The translations under genes and the position numbers were made by a program. From Gemmatimonadota bacterium (GTDB lineage: Bacteria > Gemmatimonadota > Gemmatimonadetes > Gemmatimonadales > GWC2-71-9): a stretch of 64,000 nt of DNA. Below, piece by piece: positions 45,423-55,800 of the stretch. The number at the start of each line of letters is the position of its first letter. Within the stretch, counting starts at the first letter, position 1. The notes below the pieces were generated by a model, which searched no databases, had not been told where the DNA came from, and was given only the letters and a program-made list of their open reading frames with translations. The DNA lies in NCBI GenBank assembly GCA_025357945.1, contig JANYLJ010000056.1, positions 60,646 to 124,645 on the forward strand, read 5' to 3'.

Positions 45423-46544
45423 ATGATGCCGCCAGGGCCCCCTTGGGGCGTGGTGCATTGTGTCTTTTCGGTCGGCGTCGGCGGGCAGGAAGTTGTCATT
45501 CTGTCGCTGGCGGCCAATGCCAATCGTGAACTATTTGCGCCGCGGGTACTCTGCTTCGAGGGTGCCGGCGAGTTGGCCCCCCGGTTCGAAGCTCGCGGCG
45601 TCCATGTGGACGTACTCGCGCGTCCTGCTGGCACCAGACAATTGGGCACCCTGATAGCGCTGCGTCGCTACCTGCGCGCGCGCCGCCCGGCAATCCTGCA
45701 CACCCACAACCCGACGCCTCATCAGTACGGCGCGATCGCCCGGCTCGCGGCAGGCGTTCCGGTCCTGGTGCACACGAAACACGGTCGAAACGAGGCCTTG
45801 AGCCCAAAGAGCAGACGGTATGAACGCCTGGCCGGACGGCTGACCGATGCGGTGGTGCCGGTTTCGATCGATGCAGCCAACGTGGCGCAGTCGCTCGAGG
45901 GTGTTCCTGCGCACCGCATCCGGGTGATTCACAATGGCGTCGACGTCGCCGACATCGCGCCCCGCCTCAGCGCTCAACCGGGGTGGCGTGTCGTCCATGT
46001 GGCGCGGCTGAACATCGTCAAGGATCAGGCGACCTTGCTACGTGCCGCCCGACTGGTGCTGGATCGCGAGCCGCGCTTCCGGCTCGACCTCGTCGGCGAC
46101 GGCGAAATGCGTCCGGAGCTCGAACGCCTGGCTGCCGAGCTTTGTCTCGGCGACGCGGTGCGGTTCCACGGATTTCATGACGACGTGCGGCCGTTTCTTG
46201 CCGCGGCGGACCTGTTCGTGCTCTCATCGTTGAGCGAAGGGATCGCGATCACACTGCTGGAAGCGATGGCGGCGGGATTGCCGGTGGTGGCAACGGACGT
46301 GGGTGGCAACAGTGAGGTAGTCGTCCACGACGAAACCGGGTTGCTGGTCCCGGTCGGCAATCCGGCGGCGTTGGCCGACGGGCTGTTGCGGATGCTCGGT
46401 GATCCTGCGGCCGCCGGACGGATGGGTCGTGCCGGACGCGAACGGGTCGCGACCAACTTTGCGCTGAAAACGACGATCGATGAGTACGAATCGCTCTATC
46501 TCGAGCTGCTCCACCGTCGCTTCGGTCGGGACCGCGTCCTGTGA
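45423..46544 (+). CDS. Glycosyltransferase family 4
   Basis: Part of ORF 45336..46544. Contains VVHCVFSVGVGGQEVVILSLA and SEGIAITLLEAMAAGLPVVATDVGGNSEVV. The start is approximate. Confidence 0.85.
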   Translation: MMPPGPPWGVVHCVFSVGVGGQEVVILSLAANANRELFAPRVLCFEGAGELAPRFEARGVHVDVLARPAGTRQLGTLIALRRYLRARRPAILHTHNPTPHQYGAIARLAAGVPVLVHTKHGRNEALSPKSRRYERLAGRLTDAVVPVSIDAANVAQSLEGVPAHRIRVIHNGVDVADIAPRLSAQPGWRVVHVARLNIVKDQATLLRAARLVLDREPRFRLDLVGDGEMRPELERLAAELCLGDAVRFHGFHDDVRPFLAAADLFVLSSLSEGIAITLLEAMAAGLPVVATDVGGNSEVVVHDETGLLVPVGNPAALADGLLRMLGDPAAAGRMGRAGRERVATNFALKTTIDEYESLYLELLHRRFGRDRVL

Positions 46545-47920
46545 CGGCCGACCAGCTGAGCATCGCCGGTTGGCGCGGCATGATTCACCTGTACGAAGCG
46601 GGTGTGCTGCGGCGCTACGTGTTTCGACACTGGCAGGCACTTGAGGCCTCGCAGTGGTACACGCCAGGCCAGCTGCAAGCACTTCAGTTCGAGCGCCTGC
46701 GCCGCCTGCTGCTGCACGCGCAGGCGAAGTCCCCGTGGTACCGCGATACCTGGCGGGCCCGCGGTCTCGATCTGCGAACGCTGGCTGCGCCGGGTGACTT
46801 CCACCGGTGGCCGATCATCGACCGGGAAACCATCCGAACCCACCGCATGGCAATGCGAAGCACGGCGGCTGGCACCAGGCTGATCCACAAGGCCACGGGA
46901 GGGTCGAGTGGTGTGCCGTTGCATTTCGATCTCGACCACGGCAGCAACGATTGGCGCATGGGGGCGTGGCACCGCGGGTACCGCTGGGGTGGTGCCGAGC
47001 CGGGCACCCGTCAATGGTACCTTTGGGGCGTGGCACCGACGTCGGCCTCGGCGTGGCGAAAGCGGAAGGACCGGCTCTACGATGCGTTGTACCGACGCAC
47101 AACCGCGAGTTGCTTCGCCCTGGGCACCGCCACGGTGGACCGGTTCCTCGCGTCGCTGGTGCGGACGCGCCCGCACGCGATCGTGGCGTACACCAACGCG
47201 ATCTACGAATTCGCGCGGATGCTCGAAGCTCGCGGGCTGGTACCACCGTCCCCCCGCAGCATCGTGGTGGGGGCGGAGCGACTGCACGACTACCAGCGCG
47301 AGACGATCGAGCGCGTGTTTCGTTCGCCGGTGTTCGAGACCTATGGATCGCGGGAGTTCATGCTGATTGGCGCTGAGTGTGACCGGCACGCCGGCCTGCA
47401 CCTGACGCACGAAAACCTGCTGGTCGAACTGGTGGACGACGATGGCCTGCCGGTGCAACCGGGGACCGAGGGCAACGTCGTGGTCACGGATCTCATGAAC
47501 TTCGGCATGCCGTTCATCCGGTATGCCAACGGCGACCGCGCAATCGCGGCGCCAGCGGGCTGCTCCTGCGGCAGGGGGTTGCCATTGCTGGAGACGGTGA
47601 CCGGGCGACGCCTCGACATCCTCACTACGCCGGACGGCCGCAGCTTGCCAGGCGAGTTTTTCCCCCACATCCTGAAAGACCTGCCGGCGATCGATCGGTA
47701 CCAGGTGGTACAGGAGCGGGCCGACACGATCGCGATCCGGATCGTGGCGCCGGCGTGGACTCCGGCGGATGAGGCCTGGCTCCGGCGCGAGGTGACCGCG
47801 GTGGCGGGTACGGCAATCCACCTCGACGTCGAACGGGTGAGCCAGATCGCGCTGACGGCGGCTGGAAAATTGCAAGTCGTGGTCAATCGGCTGGCATCAT
47901 CCCAGCGGGAGCGGGCATGA
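46541..47920 (+). CDS. Phenylacetate-CoA ligase family protein (CapK / F390-synthetase-like adenylating enzyme)
   Basis: ORF 46541..47920 with an overlap onto the upstream stop. Contains QLQALQFERLRRLLLHAQAKSPWYRDTW...FHRWPIIDRETI...TGGSSGVPL...YGSREF...VTDLMNFGMPFIRYANGD. Confidence 0.8.
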   Translation: MTADQLSIAGWRGMIHLYEAGVLRRYVFRHWQALEASQWYTPGQLQALQFERLRRLLLHAQAKSPWYRDTWRARGLDLRTLAAPGDFHRWPIIDRETIRTHRMAMRSTAAGTRLIHKATGGSSGVPLHFDLDHGSNDWRMGAWHRGYRWGGAEPGTRQWYLWGVAPTSASAWRKRKDRLYDALYRRTTASCFALGTATVDRFLASLVRTRPHAIVAYTNAIYEFARMLEARGLVPPSPRSIVVGAERLHDYQRETIERVFRSPVFETYGSREFMLIGAECDRHAGLHLTHENLLVELVDDDGLPVQPGTEGNVVVTDLMNFGMPFIRYANGDRAIAAPAGCSCGRGLPLLETVTGRRLDILTTPDGRSLPGEFFPHILKDLPAIDRYQVVQERADTIAIRIVAPAWTPADEAWLRREVTAVAGTAIHLDVERVSQIALTAAGKLQVVVNRLASSQRERA

Positions 47921-49389
47921 CGACCCTGGGCGCCAACGATCCCTTCGCAACCGACATCGTCGCAGCCGTTCGCAAGGTCACGGACGCGGTGCCGAAGCGG
48001 CCCCGTGCGGGACTGTTCTCGCTCATTTCAGCCAGCCCGATTGAACGAGCGTTCGCCCCCATAATCGGGCTGTACCTGGGATACACCGTGGTCCGCCTGC
48101 CCGAAGTGTTCCAACCGCTGGCAGTGCCCCACCTGCCGATGGTGCTGATGCTGGTGTTCATCGGGATACTCGGAATGGCGATACCGACAGACGGCTGGCG
48201 CCTGTTCTGGCATCAATCGAAGCCGCTCAGGATCGTGACGGCGTTATTGGTGGTCGCCATCGTGACGGCCCCCCTCGGGATCTGGCCGAGCGAGTCGTTC
48301 CTGTTCCTCGGCGATCACTATTTCACGGCGGTGCTGATCTTCGTCTCGTGCCTGGTGTTCCTGCGAGATCGTCGCAGCTTGCGCCTGGCCGCCACCATTT
48401 ATGTGCTCTGCGCCGCAACGGTGTCGGTCAAAGTCTTGCACGACTACGATCCGAACGCGGTGGTGTACAACGAAGACGGTGACCCCGTCAGTCCCGAGGC
48501 CCTCGCGGCGCGCCCCGAACTTCGCCGCCTGCAGTCGGTCGGCATCTCGCTCGATCCCAATGATTTCGGCGCCGTCCTCTGCACCACCTTCCCGCTGGCC
48601 CTGTGGCTCTCGGTGGGAAGTTTTGCCCGCCGGGTGTTCTGGACCGGTATCGCCGTGCTGTTCGTGGTGGCCGTCGTGCCAACCCAGTCGCGTGGCTCCG
48701 AACTTGGCTTCGTGGCGGGGGCAATTGTGGTCGTCAGTCTCGGCGCGCGGGGCTGGCGACGATGGCTGAACGCCGCATTGATCCTCAGCTGCGTGGCCCT
48801 CTTCGTGATGATGGCGACCGGCATCGGCGCCGGCGAGCGCTTTGCCGATTTCGGCAGCGATGACTACAACGTGTCGGGCAGCGAAGGCCGCCTGTTCTTC
48901 TGGAAACAGGGCTTCATCTGGATGCTCAAGCGGCCGTGGGGCTATGGTATCAGCAACTTCTCCACCTACTTCGGCATCCTCAACGGCCAGGAGCGCGCGG
49001 CACACAGCACCTGGGTGCAGTACGGCATGGAACTCGGCGTCGCAGGGCTGGTGCTCTTTGTCACGTTGTGTGTCCTGCTGGTCAAGGGGCTGCGCCGACT
49101 CCGGGCTCACGCCACGTTGCTGCGGACACAGCATCCAGCGGCGAAGGACGAGGAAGTGCTCACCGGACACATGCTCGCGGTGCTGGCCGGGGTGCTCGTC
49201 ACGGGGACCTTCCTCTCCAACGCGTACTATCCGCTGATGTACATGTCCCTCGGCATGGCGGCCGCGGTACTGATCGGTTCACCGCTCGCCGGCACGGTGC
49301 CAGCGGCACCGCCCGCGGCCGCCAGCGTCGGGCATCCTCGGGCCCGCCGCCGACTCCGCACCTTCCCGGGACCGGCGCCAGCCGGTTGA
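47917..49389 (+). CDS. O-antigen ligase/Wzy-like polymerase family membrane protein
   Basis: ORF 47917..49389. About 10-12 TM segments with a large loop, VPTQSRGSELGF...ERAAHSTWVQYGMELGVAG, typical of the Wzy_C/O-antigen ligase domain. Confidence 0.8.
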   Translation: MTTLGANDPFATDIVAAVRKVTDAVPKRPRAGLFSLISASPIERAFAPIIGLYLGYTVVRLPEVFQPLAVPHLPMVLMLVFIGILGMAIPTDGWRLFWHQSKPLRIVTALLVVAIVTAPLGIWPSESFLFLGDHYFTAVLIFVSCLVFLRDRRSLRLAATIYVLCAATVSVKVLHDYDPNAVVYNEDGDPVSPEALAARPELRRLQSVGISLDPNDFGAVLCTTFPLALWLSVGSFARRVFWTGIAVLFVVAVVPTQSRGSELGFVAGAIVVVSLGARGWRRWLNAALILSCVALFVMMATGIGAGERFADFGSDDYNVSGSEGRLFFWKQGFIWMLKRPWGYGISNFSTYFGILNGQERAAHSTWVQYGMELGVAGLVLFVTLCVLLVKGLRRLRAHATLLRTQHPAAKDEEVLTGHMLAVLAGVLVTGTFLSNAYYPLMYMSLGMAAAVLIGSPLAGTVPAAPPAAASVGHPRARRRLRTFPGPAPAG

Positions 49390-49391
49390 GC

Positions 49392-50546
49392 ATGCGGCTA
49401 TTAGTGATCACCAGTGTCTTCCCCTCGTCGCGTCGGCCGACCAAGGGAACCTTCAATCGCGCGCTGGTCGCCGAGCTCCGCGCAGCCGGCGACGACGTCC
49501 GCGTCGTCTCGCCAATCCCGTGGACCGACCTGTTTCGCATGCGGGTCATTGCGCGGCCGGAGCCGGCGACGACATACCAGGTGTGGTGGTATCCGCCGCG
49601 TCTCGCCCACCCGACCCATCATCGCTGGATGTCCCATTCGGTGCTGCCTGCGGCCCTGCGCGCGACGCAATCGTGGCAGCCGGATCTCGTGCTCGGATAC
49701 TGGACCCATCCGGACGGAACCGTGGCGCTCAGGATTGCCAAACGGCTCGGTGTACCCGGCGCGCTGCTGGTCGGCGGCTCCGACATTCAGCTGCTCACTC
49801 GCAACGCCGCCCGACGGAAGGTCATCGTCGCCACGCTGCGCGCAGCTGACCGCGTATTCGCCGTGGGAAGTCCGCTGCGGGACGCCGTGATCGCCCTGGG
49901 CGTGCCACCAACCCGCGTAAGCACCGTTGTTCAAGGCGTCGACCGCAAACGATTTCACCCCCGGTCACCCGAGCGCGCGCGGGCTCATCTCGGCCTGCCG
50001 CGCGATCGCCCGATTGTCCTGTGGGTCGGCCGCATGGTGCCGGTCAAGGGACTCGACGTGCTGATGCGCAGCTGGATCGAAGTCGCTCGCGATCCGGCGC
50101 GTCCACTGCTGCTGCTGATCGGCGACGGCGAAGAACGCGCCGCGCTCGAACGCGCGGCGGCGAAGCTGTCGGACAGCATACGCCTGGTGGGGTCGATCGC
50201 CAATGATGCGCTGCCCGACTGGTACCGCGCCGCCGACTGCGTCGTGCTGCCATCGCGGTCCGAGGGTGTGCCCAACGTACTCGTGGAGGGCCTGGCGTGC
50301 GGCACACCGTACATCGCGAGCGCGGTGGGCGGCGTCACGACGCTCAACGACGAGGAAAGCATCACCGTGCCGCCTGAGGATGTCGCGGCGCTGACCGCGG
50401 CGCTATTGACACGAGTGCGGCTCCCGCCGATGTCGCGACGCTCGGTCGTGGATATGCCGGATCGCCAGGAAACCGTTGCCTCACTGCGTGAACAGTTGCG
50501 TTCGGTAATCGATTCCGGCGACCGCACGATCGAGCCCGTCCCATGA
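49392..50546 (+). CDS. Glycosyltransferase family 4
   Basis: Part of ORF 48936..50546. ATG at 49392 gives MRLLVITSVFPSSRRPTKGTFNRALV. Contains SEGVPNVLVEGLACGTPYIASAVGG. Confidence 0.85.
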   Translation: MRLLVITSVFPSSRRPTKGTFNRALVAELRAAGDDVRVVSPIPWTDLFRMRVIARPEPATTYQVWWYPPRLAHPTHHRWMSHSVLPAALRATQSWQPDLVLGYWTHPDGTVALRIAKRLGVPGALLVGGSDIQLLTRNAARRKVIVATLRAADRVFAVGSPLRDAVIALGVPPTRVSTVVQGVDRKRFHPRSPERARAHLGLPRDRPIVLWVGRMVPVKGLDVLMRSWIEVARDPARPLLLLIGDGEERAALERAAAKLSDSIRLVGSIANDALPDWYRAADCVVLPSRSEGVPNVLVEGLACGTPYIASAVGGVTTLNDEESITVPPEDVAALTAALLTRVRLPPMSRRSVVDMPDRQETVASLREQLRSVIDSGDRTIEPVP

Positions 50547-51580
50547 AGCTCCCTCGCAACGCACAGGCCTGGCTGCCCGGGTGGTACCAGGCGCGGCGCC
50601 GCCACCGGGCCCATCGGTTCGACCCGGCGAAGCCGGTCACGGTACACTTGATGTTTGCAGACCACTTCGAACCGTACTGGGGCAAGCCGACCGACGTGGT
50701 CGCGCGCGCGCGCGTGGCGGCGTGGGCGAAACGTTGGCCCGAGATCGCCGAACGTCAGCGCGACGACGAGGGCAGGCCGGCGCGCTGGACGTTCTTTTAC
50801 CCGCAGGAGGAGTACCGGCCCGAGTTGCTGGAATCGTTGGCCGGCCTGGCCCGGCGCGGCGTGGCCGACGTGGAGGTCCACATTCACCACGACGGCGAAG
50901 GTGAAGCGGACTTCATGCACCGGATGCGAACATTCATCAGCACCTTGTCGCGCGATCACGGGTTGCTGCACCAGCAGGACGGCCGCACGGTGTTCGGCTT
51001 CATCCACGGCAATTGGGCGCTCGACAACTCGCGCCCCGACGGTCGCTGGTGCGGCCTGAACAACGAGTTGACCCTGCTCGGCCAGCTCGGCTGTTACGCC
51101 GATTTCACCATGCCCGCAGCACCCGACGCGTGCCAGACGCGCTTGGTGAACGCGATCTATTGGGCGGTGGATGATCCGGCACGCCCCAAGTCCCACGACA
51201 CTGGTCCGCTGGTGACAAGAGACGGCGCGCCACCGGCCGACGCACTGCTTTGTGTGCAGGGTCCCTTGACGTTGCGACGTCACCCTCGCTGGCGGGTGAT
51301 CCCGTCACTCGAAGTCGGCGAGCTCGCGGCGTATGCGCCGCCGTCACCCGCCCGTGCGAAATGCTGGATCGACACCGCGCCACGGCTTGGCAACGATCTC
51401 TTCCTCAAGCTCTATACCCATGGCGCACCCGAGAAGAACGCGGGCCCGCTGCTGGGCGGCTTCAGCGAGAGTGCCATCAACCAGGTTCGCACCGAGTGCC
51501 GGCGACGCGGGTATCAACTCCGCTTCGCCACGGCATGGGAACTCTGTCACGCCATTGGCGCGGGGCCGTTCGCGGGATGA
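50543..51580 (+). CDS. Conserved hypothetical protein (possible carbohydrate esterase/deacetylase-superfamily fold)
   Basis: ORF 50543..51580, translationally coupled on both sides. His/Asp-rich segments: HLMFADHFEPYWG, DVEVHIHHDGEGEADF and FGFIHGNWALDNS. I recognise no confident family. Confidence 0.7.
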   Translation: MKLPRNAQAWLPGWYQARRRHRAHRFDPAKPVTVHLMFADHFEPYWGKPTDVVARARVAAWAKRWPEIAERQRDDEGRPARWTFFYPQEEYRPELLESLAGLARRGVADVEVHIHHDGEGEADFMHRMRTFISTLSRDHGLLHQQDGRTVFGFIHGNWALDNSRPDGRWCGLNNELTLLGQLGCYADFTMPAAPDACQTRLVNAIYWAVDDPARPKSHDTGPLVTRDGAPPADALLCVQGPLTLRRHPRWRVIPSLEVGELAAYAPPSPARAKCWIDTAPRLGNDLFLKLYTHGAPEKNAGPLLGGFSESAINQVRTECRRRGYQLRFATAWELCHAIGAGPFAG

Positions 51581-52716
51581 GGTATCGCACCGAAGAGCAT
51601 CGCGGCCCGGCAGCCTTCGCCGCGCTGGAACCGGAGTGGAACGACCTGGTGTCGCGCGCGGTCGATACCAACGCCTCGGACATGTGGCCGATCATGCACG
51701 GGGCGTGGCAGGTCGCCCAGGATTATGTGGTGCCACGGATCTTCGTGGTACGCGATCGCGACGATCGCGCGGTGGCGATCCTGCCGCTCGGCGCAACATC
51801 AGCAGGTTACCCGCCCTTCACCCGCACCGAACTCCTGGCCATCGCGCCGGGGCTACTGGACGACAACGGGTTGCTGCTCGATGAGGCGCACCGCGACGGC
51901 GTGGCACCGTTGATCGAAGCCGTACTGCTCCAGTTGACGAGCGAAGGTTGCCTGACTGACGTGCGGCCGGTACCGCGGGTCAACCTGCTGGCGCAGACGG
52001 CCGAACATCTCGGGTCGCCGCTGCAGGCCAGATACATTCCGCCAAGCCGCGTTGCGCCACTGCCGCCCCACCCGGGAACGTGGCAGGATGTGCTCCACGA
52101 CGCCGGGGCCCGGCGCGAGATCCGCCGTTGCCAGCGCCGCCTCAACGACAAGTTCGGCGCCGCGCCGACCAGCGCAACCAGCGCGGATGAGGTGCGTCGA
52201 GTGGTGTCGCGCTTCGTCGCGCTGCACGTTCGTGAACAGGCACTGAAGGGACGGTTGAGCAAACTCGCGTCAGCGATGGCCCGTCAGCAGTTTCCAAACT
52301 ACATCGTTGATCTGCATCGTCGCGGTGACGCCGAGGTCATCGGCATCACGACGCCCGATGGCGTGCTGTTGGCGGGGTACATCTTCCTCAGGCACCGCGG
52401 CAGGGCGACCGGTTACCGCACCGCGTTCAACTCCGATTATCGGGCGTTCGGGCCCGGTGCGGTGGCGCTCGCCGCCGCGATCGACCGCGCCATCGTGCTG
52501 GGCGACAACGAATGGAGCTTCGGCTGCGGCGGGGACTTGTACAAGAACCGTTGGGCTGAACCGCAGGCGGCATATGTTCGCATCGTCGGACTGCGCCGGA
52601 CGCCGCGGCGCATCATATCGCGGGCGTGGGAGCGTGGGCTCGCGGGTATCGCCCGCCTCGCCCGGGTACCGCGTCCACACGAATCCCCTGGAGCAGAGGC
52701 GCCGGACGAGGTCTGA
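51577..52716 (+). CDS. GNAT/FemAB-like acyltransferase (CelD/BioF2-like, exosortase-locus type)
   Basis: Part of ORF 51250..52716 with an ATGA overlap at 51577. MRYRTEEHRGPAAFAALEPEWNDLVSRA... and the C-terminal GYRTAFNSDYRAFGPGAVALAAAIDRAI resemble the Acetyltransf_6/FemAB-type fold. Confidence 0.65.
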   Translation: MRYRTEEHRGPAAFAALEPEWNDLVSRAVDTNASDMWPIMHGAWQVAQDYVVPRIFVVRDRDDRAVAILPLGATSAGYPPFTRTELLAIAPGLLDDNGLLLDEAHRDGVAPLIEAVLLQLTSEGCLTDVRPVPRVNLLAQTAEHLGSPLQARYIPPSRVAPLPPHPGTWQDVLHDAGARREIRRCQRRLNDKFGAAPTSATSADEVRRVVSRFVALHVREQALKGRLSKLASAMARQQFPNYIVDLHRRGDAEVIGITTPDGVLLAGYIFLRHRGRATGYRTAFNSDYRAFGPGAVALAAAIDRAIVLGDNEWSFGCGGDLYKNRWAEPQAAYVRIVGLRRTPRRIISRAWERGLAGIARLARVPRPHESPGAEAPDEV

Positions 52717-52748
52717 AGCCTGGCGATTTCCCGTCGGAATAAAGGCCG

Positions 52749-52791
52749 GAATCGTCAACGCCTCGCCGACCAGTCGAGGCGGCGACGATTC
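52749..52791. terminator. Long hairpin between convergent genes (candidate bidirectional terminator)
   Basis: GAATCGTC-AA-CGCCTCG-[CCGACCAGT]-CGAGGCG-GC-GACGATTC gives 15 paired bp with a symmetric 2-nt internal loop. No clear U-tract. Confidence 0.45.
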
Positions 52792-52835
52792 TGGTTCGCG
52801 GGCGTTCCACCTTCGCCACGAGACACCTGCCAGCG

Positions 52836-55800
52836 TTACGGAACGTGACCCGTACCCGCTGGCGGCGTCGCCTTCGGCGGCGCATTGAGCATCAGTTGCT
52901 GCAGTCGACCGGTCAGCGCAGCGGTCAGCCGGATTTGCGCCCGATCGACCCACGCCAGGAAGTCGCCGATATCGTACTTCCCGTTGCCGTTGCCCTGGAC
53001 ATCGAGCACGGTGCGCTGGTCGTCGGTGAGCACATTGGCATGGAAGAGGTCCTCCACCGCAGCGGTGGGATCCGGCAGCGAAACCGACACGACCTCGAGG
53101 GTGTCCACGTAAATCCCGCGGATACTGGCATCGCGCTGCAGCTGCACCTGCACGGTGTCGATGTACAGACCCACCGGCAGCGTGATGGCCGCACGCTGCC
53201 AGACCAGGGGAGAACCGACCAACCCTTGAGCGGTGAGGATCCGGAGGCGCGACGCCGTGGTACTCGCCGACCACATGTCGGACGGCGCCGCGCCGCCATC
53301 CAGCTGCACGATGGCCGAGTCGATCGTGGGCGACACGATGCTGGAACCGCGGCCGACGGCGAAGATCCTGGTCCGCCGGCTCCCCGGGTGCATCCCAATC
53401 ACCACCTGCCGGGCAGTGACGCGAACCGTGTCGTACACCGTCGCGGGTGATCCGCCTGCCGCGCCGGGCGCCGTGACGGTGATGGTGTCGACCCAGGTAC
53501 CCACGGCGAGGCTGCTCACGTTGCGGGTCCAGGTCACCGTACCGCTACCGGTCCCGTTACTGGTGCCCAACACATTCCAGTTCTTGCGGTTGGCCGCGGT
53601 CCACGGCGTCGCTGCAGCGTTGGTGCCCGAGAGGACAACAGCGGCATTGTCCCCGCCGACATTGCTTCCCTGCACCACCGCCACGTTGCGTGACGAAGGA
53701 CTCACCGCGAGCACGACCGGCACCGGCGCGGCGGTGATACGGAGGGTATCGACCAGCGTGGCGCTCGATCCGTTCGATGTCGTAACCGTGAACGTGTCGA
53801 CATAGGTGCCGACGCCGAGGCCGTTGGCGGAGCGGTTCCACGCGAAGGCGCCGTTGCCGGTACCGCTGCTCGTCGACGGCGTGTTCCATCCCTGACGCCG
53901 GGTCACCGACCACGCGGTCGATCCGGCGTTCGTGCCGGTCAGCGTGACCGTGCCGTTGTCACCGGGGGCGCTGCCGCCCTGTTGGACCACCACATTGCGG
54001 GACGCGGGGCTCACCGCCACCACCACCGGCACCGGCGCTGCCGTGATGCGCAACGTGTCGTAGATCACGGCGGGCGAGCCGTTCGCGGCACCGGGAGCGG
54101 TCACGGTAATCGTGTCGACGTACACACCTGCCGCCATTCCCGCCGCGGCGCGCGTCCACGCGACCGTGCCAGAACCACTGCCGCTCGCCATCGTGAGAGT
54201 GGTCCAGCTCTTCCGCTTGCTGGCGTTCCACCCGATCGACGCGGCGTTGGTTCCCGTCAGCGTGACGGTCGCATTGTCGCCCGGAGCGGGGCTCCCCTGC
54301 TGGACCACCACGCTCCGCGCGGCCGGACTCACCGCCAGCACGACCGGCCCAGCCGCGCTGGTGACTTGCAGCGTGTCGTAGATCACAGCCGGTGAGCCGT
54401 TCGCCGCACCCGGCGCGGTCACCGTGATGGTGTCGACGTACACGCCGACTCCGAGACCCGCAGCCGCCCGACTCCACGCCACCGTACCGCTGCCGGTACC
54501 GCTCGCGGTGGTGAGCGTGGTCCAGCTTTTCTTCCTGCTCGCGCTCCACGCGGTTGACGCCGCGTTGGTGCCGGTCAGCGTGACCGCGGCGTTGTCGCTC
54601 GGCGCGTTGGTACCCTGCATCACCGCGACGTTGCGCGAAGTCGGGCTGACCGCGAGCACGAGGGGCACCGCAGCGGCGGTAATCCGAACGGTATCGTACA
54701 GTGTCGCGGGCGACCCGCTGGCCGCACCCGGGGCGATCACTCTGATGGTGTCGACATACGTGCCCGCCGTCAGGCCGGCCACGTTACGGTTCCAGGCGAT
54801 TGTGCCGCTGCCGGTTCCGCTGGCGACCGTGAAAGTGTTCCAGGCCTTGTGATTGATCGCCGTCCAGGTGGTCGACCCGGCATTGGTTCCCGTCAACGTG
54901 ACGGTCGCGTTGTCGCTGGGCGCGCTGCCGCCCTGCAGGACCGAGACGTTACGCGACCCGGGACTCAGCACCAGCACGATGGGCACCGCGCCGGCCGTGA
55001 CCCGCATGGTATCGTAGATCACGGCCGGTGAGCCGGTCGCCGCACCCGGTGCGTTCACCGTGATCGTGTCGACGTACACACCGATTCCGAGGCCCGCCGC
55101 GGCCCGGCTCCATGCCACCGTGCCACTCCCGGTACCGCTCGCGGTTGTCAGCGTGGTCCAACTCTGCTTCCTGGTTGCCGTCCACCCGGTCGACGCCGCG
55201 TTGGTGCCGGTCAGCGTGACCGCGGCGTTGTCGCTCGGCGCGTTGGTACCCTGCGTCACCGCGACATTGCGCGAAGCCGGGCTCACCGCCAGCACGACGG
55301 GAACCGCAGCGGCAGTGATCCGCAAGGTGTCGTAGATCGCCGCGGGTGAGCCGCTCGCTGCTCCTGGCGCTGTCACGGTGATGGTGTCGACATACACGCC
55401 GACACCAAGCCCGGACGCCGAACGGCTCCACGACACCGTGCCGCTGCCGGTGCCGCTCGCGATGGTGAGCGTGGTCCAGCTCTTCTTCTTCGTCGCGGAC
55501 CAGGCCGTCGTCGCGGCACCGGTTCCCGACAGGGTAACGCCGGCAGCGTCAGTCGGCGCAGTGCCGCCCAACGTGACCGACACGTTGCGCGACACCGCCG
55601 ACAACGACAGCGTCAACGGTGGCGAGCCGCCACCCTGGAGCGAGTTGAGGGCCCGCACCAGACCCCAGCCGGTGTTCTGGTCGTAGCCGGGCGCGTCGAT
55701 ATCGAGCGCACCGTTCTGCAAGGCAGCACGAACACCGGCGAGCGTGATGTTCGGGTTCTGTTGTACCAGCAGCGCGACCGTTCCGGTCACGTGCGGCGTC

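Noticed and set aside
53391-55616. CRISPR-like or other non-coding array, suggested by the regular 318-bp periodicity. The heptamer tracts at 19.3 kb were considered in the same way.
   Set aside because: The periodic units lie in a single long open reading frame encoding a coherent protein domain repeat. The heptamer tracts have no spacers. No cas genes are present.
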